Below are positions 58,451 through 64,000 of a stretch of 64,000 nucleotides of DNA, piece by piece. The position numbers and the translations under genes were made by a program. Source of the DNA: a virus (taxonomy: Duplodnaviria > Caudoviricetes). Each line of letters opens with the position of its first letter. Positions within the stretch are counted from its first letter, which is position 1. The notes beneath the pieces were generated by a model that did not search any database, was not told the origin of the DNA, and saw nothing but the letters and a program-made list of their open reading frames with translations. The stretch is taken from IMG/VR virus record IMGVR_UViG_3300006133_000325. One strand, written 5' to 3'.

Positions 58451-59212
58451 TCAAAGAATCCTTATAATCTGTTCGTAAATGCAGGTAGCTCTCTCCCAAT
58501 AGAAATTAACATTTTCGTGCATATGCCCAAATATCCATTGCTTATATTCAATCGTTTGTTTAATTTTCTGTAAATAGTCTGTAAATCTATCTCTCTCGTA
58601 CAAACCAGAACCGCCATCCATTTGACTTAGCAATGATGTGTAAGGGCTATGAGTAATAATGTAATCTACCTTGTAATTCTGCTTTTTGAGGTTATTTAGT
58701 CCCTCTTCCATTTCTTCTTCATTTGGCAACTCTCTTTCCCACCAGCTCACATGATTGATCCGATACAAAGCAAAAGGATCTTTATCTAATCTTTTCTTCT
58801 TTTCTTTAAAGCTTGGATCATCTGGTTCTAAGATACCTGCAGAAATATCATGGCTGCTTGCTCCACCAAAGGTAAAGAATGATTTTCCACTGATATTAAA
58901 AATCTGTCCTCTCATAAGGTGAATTACTGATGGACGAATAAAATTAACTTTTCCTCCATACCATTCTTCCACTGGTAAGCTATCTAAAATGTCATAATTC
59001 TCATGATTTCCTGATACGAACAATGTAGTAAATGACTTATTTTCCAACCAATCTAAATTGTACTTCTCTCTATTAGAATTATCCCAAATACCAAAGTCAC
59101 CTGCTATTATAACATAATCATCTTTTGACATTTCCTTTTGTTCCGGAAAAGAATCCATCTTCAATCTGTTCATCCAGTCACCATGTGTATCTCCTGTAAC
59201 CCAAACCGCCAT
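58451..59212 (-). CDS. Metallophosphoesterase
   Basis: GDTHG, GDFG, GNHE, THS, GHMH. Confidence 0.92.
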   Translation of the reverse strand: MAVWVTGDTHGDWMNRLKMDSFPEQKEMSKDDYVIIAGDFGIWDNSNREKYNLDWLENKSFTTLFVSGNHENYDILDSLPVEEWYGGKVNFIRPSVIHLMRGQIFNISGKSFFTFGGASSHDISAGILEPDDPSFKEKKKRLDKDPFALYRINHVSWWERELPNEEEMEEGLNNLKKQNYKVDYIITHSPYTSLLSQMDGGSGLYERDRFTDYLQKIKQTIEYKQWIFGHMHENVNFYWERATCIYEQIIRIL

Positions 59213-59282
59213 TTTATTTAACTCCTTTTACTCTATAATTCAAATTCCTATAATATTTTCATTATCTTTTTCTCTCTTCTTC

Positions 59283-59684
59283 TTAATCAATTCTTTCTAC
59301 ATTCACTGGAAGCCACATATTCGGATTGAAATTTAAAGTATATCTATATTTTGAAACAGCATTTGCTCCTAAATTTAGATCTTCAACAATATAAGTCACA
59401 TTATCACTTAACCCCACAAAGTGCTTTACATATGTACCACCATCTTCAACGAGGATTTCGAGCTGATTATCATCTACATCTGCCGTGATCGACATTTTTC
59501 CAGTCATTTGAAACAATACGTCTCCTTCTATACAGTTAATAACGGTCAACTGCCGCACCACATTAAAATTATCCGCCTGTTTGGTCAAGTTATAATTAAC
59601 TCTATCCGCCTCTGAATCACATCCTGCTAACAACCCTGTCATCATAAACACTAACAAAACTAAAAAACAAAGATTTCTTTTCAT
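59283..59684 (-). CDS. Phage lipoprotein
   Basis: Lipobox LLAG|C. Confidence 0.7.
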   Translation of the reverse strand: MKRNLCFLVLLVFMMTGLLAGCDSEADRVNYNLTKQADNFNVVRQLTVINCIEGDVLFQMTGKMSITADVDDNQLEILVEDGGTYVKHFVGLSDNVTYIVEDLNLGANAVSKYRYTLNFNPNMWLPVNVERID

Positions 59685-60005
59685 GACATAATTTCTCCTT
59701 TTATCTTGTATTTTTACAAAAATGTTACTAATTCATTTTGATACGGATAAATGGATTCAGTGCTTGTATATGTTCATTTCTATTTCCGACACGCCTTGCT
59801 AGAGGTTATGCGCACTAACTCAAAGGAGTGTATCGTTCGTGTTTATATTTTTGCGTCTTATCCTGCTATTATCCGTATCCGTTTTGGCTGAATGAGTACA
59901 AGATAATTTTTCTATCTTTTAGAAAAACTAAATTGAGCCTTAAATTTCATCCATTTAATCATGAGGAACTTACTTCATGAACCAGTTAGATTTTGATACT
60001 TACTT

Positions 60006-60719
60006 CTAGTAAATAATACCAATACTACGCATATATCCCTCCTCTAAATCTAAAACAGTTTCAATAGCTGACTTGTCCACGTTACATCTTTCTGCAATGA
60101 AGTTAATTGCTTCACCAAAATCATATACAATTTCTTTATCTTCTACATTATCCATTTTATTATCCTCTTTTCCTTCTTTGTTTTTCTTCTTGTTACTATA
60201 CTTATCCCCATACAAATGAAATTTGAGTTCCATACGTTCATTATCTTCAATATCTTCTAAACTAAAGAAATCTTCTATTTTCTTTCCGTCTGCAATTATA
60301 AGATACAAATTCCCTGGTTTACTTAGATATGTTTTTTGTGCTTCATTTGAATTATCGTCGTCTCCTACCCAATTAGCCAAATAGTCATAAGACTCTATAC
60401 AGGCCATTTGCTCTTCTTTTGCATATGGTTTCTCAAATTCAAGCCGAATACTTGTTATGTCATTATATTCTTTAATCCTGTCAAATGTCATTTGCTTAAA
60501 GTTCTCAACTTCATTCCCGAATTCATACCTTTCCTTATTTGCATCTTTATGTATTTCAATAATTATCGTATGCGCTATATTGATTTTATCTATTGAATTA
60601 CAAGCAATTCTTCTAACAGAAGGCCTAATATCTTCTACGCAAAATTCACCTATATATTTGCCATCTATTTTTATGGTGTCGCAATTCTCAAATGTTAATT
60701 CTACATATTTTAACCTCAA
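60006..60719 (-). CDS. Hypothetical protein
   Basis: AGGAGG RBS before TTG. Confidence 0.65.
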   Translation of the reverse strand: MRLKYVELTFENCDTIKIDGKYIGEFCVEDIRPSVRRIACNSIDKINIAHTIIIEIHKDANKERYEFGNEVENFKQMTFDRIKEYNDITSIRLEFEKPYAKEEQMACIESYDYLANWVGDDDNSNEAQKTYLSKPGNLYLIIADGKKIEDFFSLEDIEDNERMELKFHLYGDKYSNKKKNKEGKEDNKMDNVEDKEIVYDFGEAINFIAERCNVDKSAIETVLDLEEGYMRSIGIIY

Positions 60720-60736
60720 TTTTTATCCTCCCTATA

Positions 60737-61051
60737 TTACCCAATTGTAAATCCACAAAAACTCTCTACAAAATCAGGCTCTTCAATTTGCTTATACTGT
60801 TCTTCTTCTTGCTTATATTCAAACCACCATCTTTTATGTGATGGATTATATATCCCTTCATCACATTCTTCGATAAGTGCATATTGATAACAAGTTTCAT
60901 TTATGTCGCAATTATTTTCTATTACAGATGAATAAGCATCTTCAAACTTAGAATACCATCCTACTAACCTGCTCGAGCCAAATTCCGGAAATTTTGACGT
61001 AGCATTGAAGCTTAAATCGGTCATTACCATAATAGTATATATTTTACTCAC
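60737..61051 (-). CDS. Hypothetical protein
   Basis: GAGGAG RBS. Confidence 0.6.
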   Translation of the reverse strand: MSKIYTIMVMTDLSFNATSKFPEFGSSRLVGWYSKFEDAYSSVIENNCDINETCYQYALIEECDEGIYNPSHKRWWFEYKQEEEQYKQIEEPDFVESFCGFTIG

Positions 61052-61063
61052 AATATTCTCCTC

Positions 61064-61306
61064 TTAATATCTAATATTCCTTTCAAGATTCACTGTTCCA
61101 CTCCATTTCTTACAGCAAACTTTAGTCTCTATAAACACATTCTCTCTTTCTGAAATTTTTGAGATATCGTTTAATGCTTGTTGTATTCCTTTCTTATATC
61201 TACACACATCTTCTTTGTTACAAGTATCACATACCTTATTGCTTTTTGTAGACGGAAAAACTCTGGGTGGTACTGGAATATTTATATTGCGAATATCAAA
61301 TGCCAC
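61064..61306 (-). CDS. Hypothetical Cys-containing protein
   Basis: AGGAGG RBS; CDTC..VC. Confidence 0.6.
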   Translation of the reverse strand: MAFDIRNINIPVPPRVFPSTKSNKVCDTCNKEDVCRYKKGIQQALNDISKISERENVFIETKVCCKKWSGTVNLERNIRY

Positions 61307-61408
61307 TTAACATACCTCCTCATAGATATATTCTCTTTTTATTTCATGTTTATAATAGAAATTGAAATTGAAGTTATCATTTAAGTCGCCATGAAGAATA
61401 TTTAATAA

Positions 61409-61597
61409 CTATCTATTTCCATCTATTAAATCTTCAATAAAGTATCTTATATCCTGATATGAGGCAGCCTGAAGCATACATTGTATATTTTTATTACTTC
61501 CTAACTCATGCTCTCCATTTTCAATAGGTTTATAAAAGTAATTCTCTTTCGCGGTTACATATTCTAAAACCTTATTCAGTTTTTCTTTATCCGACAT
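61409..61597 (-). CDS. Hypothetical protein
   Basis: AGGAGGAG RBS before ATG (MSDKEK). Confidence 0.55.
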   Translation of the reverse strand: MSDKEKLNKVLEYVTAKENYFYKPIENGEHELGSNKNIQCMLQAASYQDIRYFIEDLIDGNR

Positions 61598-61692
61598 ATC
61601 TCCTCCTAATTTTTTACTATCCAACTGTTGAATATTTTACATCATATAACAAAACCTACATTGGAATATTTAACATAATTTCTGGTTTTAAC

Positions 61693-61869
61693 CTACACTG
61701 ATAAATCATGATTTCCCTTAACTTTCTTTTTACCACACTTTTTCATATGTTTTCTATTTGGTTTACATTGATTACAGTTGTTCCTATTTTTACAAAACCA
61801 GCATCCGTCTTGTCCCCACCAATACCAATCTGGCATAGCAGGTCTTGGTTTTCTTTTTGCTTTTCCCAT
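61693..61869 (-). CDS. Small basic Cys-rich protein
   Basis: AGGGGG RBS; MGKAKRKPRP..CWFC..CNQC. Confidence 0.55.
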   Translation of the reverse strand: MGKAKRKPRPAMPDWYWWGQDGCWFCKNRNNCNQCKPNRKHMKKCGKKKVKGNHDLSV

Positions 61870-61919
61870 ATAGTAGCCCCCTATTAAAAACTTTTCTTTC
61901 TTATAGCATTCTGGCATCC

Positions 61920-62333
61920 TTATGACAATTCATATATTATTCTTCTGCCACTGTAACTCTCCTCATCCCATCCTTTCTTCCATTCCTCATACACTTCCTT
62001 ATTCACTGGTACTCTAATTCCTATTCGTAGTTGTGCATAATAGGAATTGTCATCCAAAAAGCCATCTTTATTGCCTACATACCAACCATCCAATAGCAAC
62101 TCTTGAAAATGAGGTACATAGCATTTGCAGCATAACTCTTTTTGATTTCTTACCTTACATCCTTTTGTAGTATCTCTATCAGAACATTCAAGTATAAAAA
62201 TTTCAGATAAGTCATATGGAGTTATTCGAGCAATTTTCAAAATATCATATGCGAAGAATGTTCTCTCATGATGGCTCTGCTTTAGATGAAATTCTTGGTG
62301 TATATTCAATTCTTTGTCATCTCCTAATAACAT
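61920..62333 (-). CDS. Hypothetical protein
   Basis: ORF track; start uncertain. Confidence 0.5.
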   Translation of the reverse strand: MLLGDDKELNIHQEFHLKQSHHERTFFAYDILKIARITPYDLSEIFILECSDRDTTKGCKVRNQKELCCKCYVPHFQELLLDGWYVGNKDGFLDDNSYYAQLRIGIRVPVNKEVYEEWKKGWDEESYSGRRIIYELS

Positions 62334-62359
62334 CCAAGAAAGTTTATTTTACAATAAAT

Positions 62360-62650
62360 CTACAAATCAAAAAGTTGAATATTCGGTACTTCAATAGAAT
62401 TATTTTCTTTTTCCTCCTCTACAATTTCTATCCCGTATTTTTCTACCACTCCCTCTGGATATTCTCTCATCCAAAGTTTAGCGCTTAATGTATTACCACA
62501 ATTTTTACAAGCGCAACTTTCACAATCTTCCCATTTACTAAAAATTCCATTTTGACTTCTATACTGTTCCACCAAATCTAAGTTCCATTCAATTTCTGAC
62601 ACGTTCCCACAATTTCCACATATCCATTTTGACTTGTCTGTTAAAATCAC
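62360..62650 (-). CDS. Zinc-ribbon-like protein
   Basis: CGNCG and CKNCG; overlaps the radical SAM stop. Confidence 0.55.
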   Translation of the reverse strand: MILTDKSKWICGNCGNVSEIEWNLDLVEQYRSQNGIFSKWEDCESCACKNCGNTLSAKLWMREYPEGVVEKYGIEIVEEEKENNSIEVPNIQLFDL

Positions 62651-63783
62651 TTTTTATCACCATCCGATCTATTTATTTTACTATAGTTCATAAATTTCAT
62701 ATCAAAATATCTATATGCCAGTTCTGGGATCTCTTTTTCAATCTGTTTCAGGTATCTCATTTCCGAACACTCTTTTTGATGTCTTGATTGCTGATACTCC
62801 ACAAATTCTCTATAAGATTTTTTCTTAAAAGCACTGGGCTGATTACACCACGCAGCAAGATTTATATATGTACCCCTATAAGGAGATTCCTCATATCGGT
62901 TAAATCTCATAATATATGGTAAACACTGATATTTCATAAGCAGTTCGATTCGTTTCCATAAATCCCATATATCTTGCCTCCAAAATTTATCATCCCATTT
63001 ATCTTCTCTATCAAAACCGCAAAAAGTATAAAATTTTAAGACTTTATCTGTATACCTTCTCAATAGCTGCAGCTTATTTTCGATCAGTTCGTAATCAGCT
63101 ACATTGTCAAATGCAAATATATAATCACCATCATATTTACTGTTAAAAATCACGTTACATTTTTCGTCTGTAAGAAGCCGTTCATCCATGCCTTGCTTAT
63201 ATTGAAATGGTTTTCTTGTATTTTGCAATTCTCTAAATATTTCTTTCCAATAAGGACTTCCGAGAATATTATCATCCAATAAACATATCTTCTTTCTTGA
63301 AGGATCGAGAAACTTACTTAATGGACTATGATAATCAACTTTTTTATAATTACGATTCACGCAAAATTCACATTGTCTAAAGCAACCTCTCGTCGTGTAG
63401 CCAATCGAATAATCAAGATAATACTTAAAATCATTTCTCTTTTTGCCACTCTCAATTTGTCGATTTACCCATGTATCATATAAATGGTAATCTGGCATAT
63501 AGTGTTCTACTTCGTCAGGAAGCTTTGGAGCTTTGTCATAGAAGAATCCTGTTCCGCCATATTTTACATTAGGAAGTTTCAAAACTTCTTCATCTATTGG
63601 TGTATCAGTAAATACTTTAGAAATGAATACTTTGTCATATGTTTCCAAATCTTCATAATCCATTTTTAATTCAACATCAGTACCAAGTCCTTTGTAGTAA
63701 CCGGATAGTTTCATACAAACCAGATTGGGGAACCTGTGCTTGTCTCTGCCTATTAGATCTGCATCTATAATTGCTATTCTCAA
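62647..63783 (-). CDS. Radical SAM-superfamily protein
   Basis: TTRGCFRQCEFC (CxxxCxxC), LLDDNILG, QGMD. Confidence 0.85.
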   Translation of the reverse strand: MRIAIIDADLIGRDKHRFPNLVCMKLSGYYKGLGTDVELKMDYEDLETYDKVFISKVFTDTPIDEEVLKLPNVKYGGTGFFYDKAPKLPDEVEHYMPDYHLYDTWVNRQIESGKKRNDFKYYLDYSIGYTTRGCFRQCEFCVNRNYKKVDYHSPLSKFLDPSRKKICLLDDNILGSPYWKEIFRELQNTRKPFQYKQGMDERLLTDEKCNVIFNSKYDGDYIFAFDNVADYELIENKLQLLRRYTDKVLKFYTFCGFDREDKWDDKFWRQDIWDLWKRIELLMKYQCLPYIMRFNRYEESPYRGTYINLAAWCNQPSAFKKKSYREFVEYQQSRHQKECSEMRYLKQIEKEIPELAYRYFDMKFMNYSKINRSDGDKK

Positions 63784-64000
63784 TAATCAGCACCAAAGTG
63801 GTTGCAACCTTTAAAGCTAGCTACTAATTATCCTTTCTTAATCATCTTATTGTTTTAAAAGTTCTTGACATATCATCGGAATGCTATGATATTATTAAAT
63901 AACTGTATACCAATAATCAAATATTTTTCTATAGCTATTTCCGCTCTTAATATCCCCCTTATATTGCCTTACTCGACCATTAGCATACTTTTTATAATAC

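Noticed and set aside
60006-60155. Internal RBS plus in-frame ATG (MDNVEDK) as another gene-within-gene system
   Set aside because: More simply explained as fusion of two small adjacent genes after loss of a stop; no functional motif

Overview
64 kb of a large, AT-rich temperate siphophage, probably of a Clostridia (Lachnospiraceae-like) host; the host is inferred from gene and IS families. The + arm (777-32823) holds the tape measure protein (TMP), Dit, Tal-like protein, many baseplate/fibre genes, holin and amidase. The - arm (32899-63783) holds integrase, an intact-looking attP with a tRNA-Trp 3' half, xis, nucleotide metabolism (dut, nrdDG, gmk, thyX), dnaE split by a group I intron, primase-helicase, ssb and a Sak4-like ATPase. 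Phage genes lie on both sides of att, so this looks like the excised/circular form. Several self-contained morons interrupt the core. Best candidates for novel biology: (1) a DUF3800 RNase H-fold gene followed by a separately promoted ~120-nt RNA of three GGU-GUG-ACC hairpins, resembling a type III toxin-antitoxin or RNP; (2) a secreted Ig-domain protein whose C-terminus copies a 52-aa segment of the phage's own TMP, a candidate mimicry-based superinfection exclusion factor; (3) a TMP ORF with no RBS, preceded by a structured intervening sequence carrying an antisense lipoprotein gene. Also present: an Rpn nuclease with an intragenic antitoxin start, a Clp-fold protease moron, a DUF4062 moron, an IS200/IS605 element whose TnpB guide nearly matches its own left end, a nested MITE/IS110, and ATC/ATA start codons. 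All family calls come from motif recognition by eye, not database searches.
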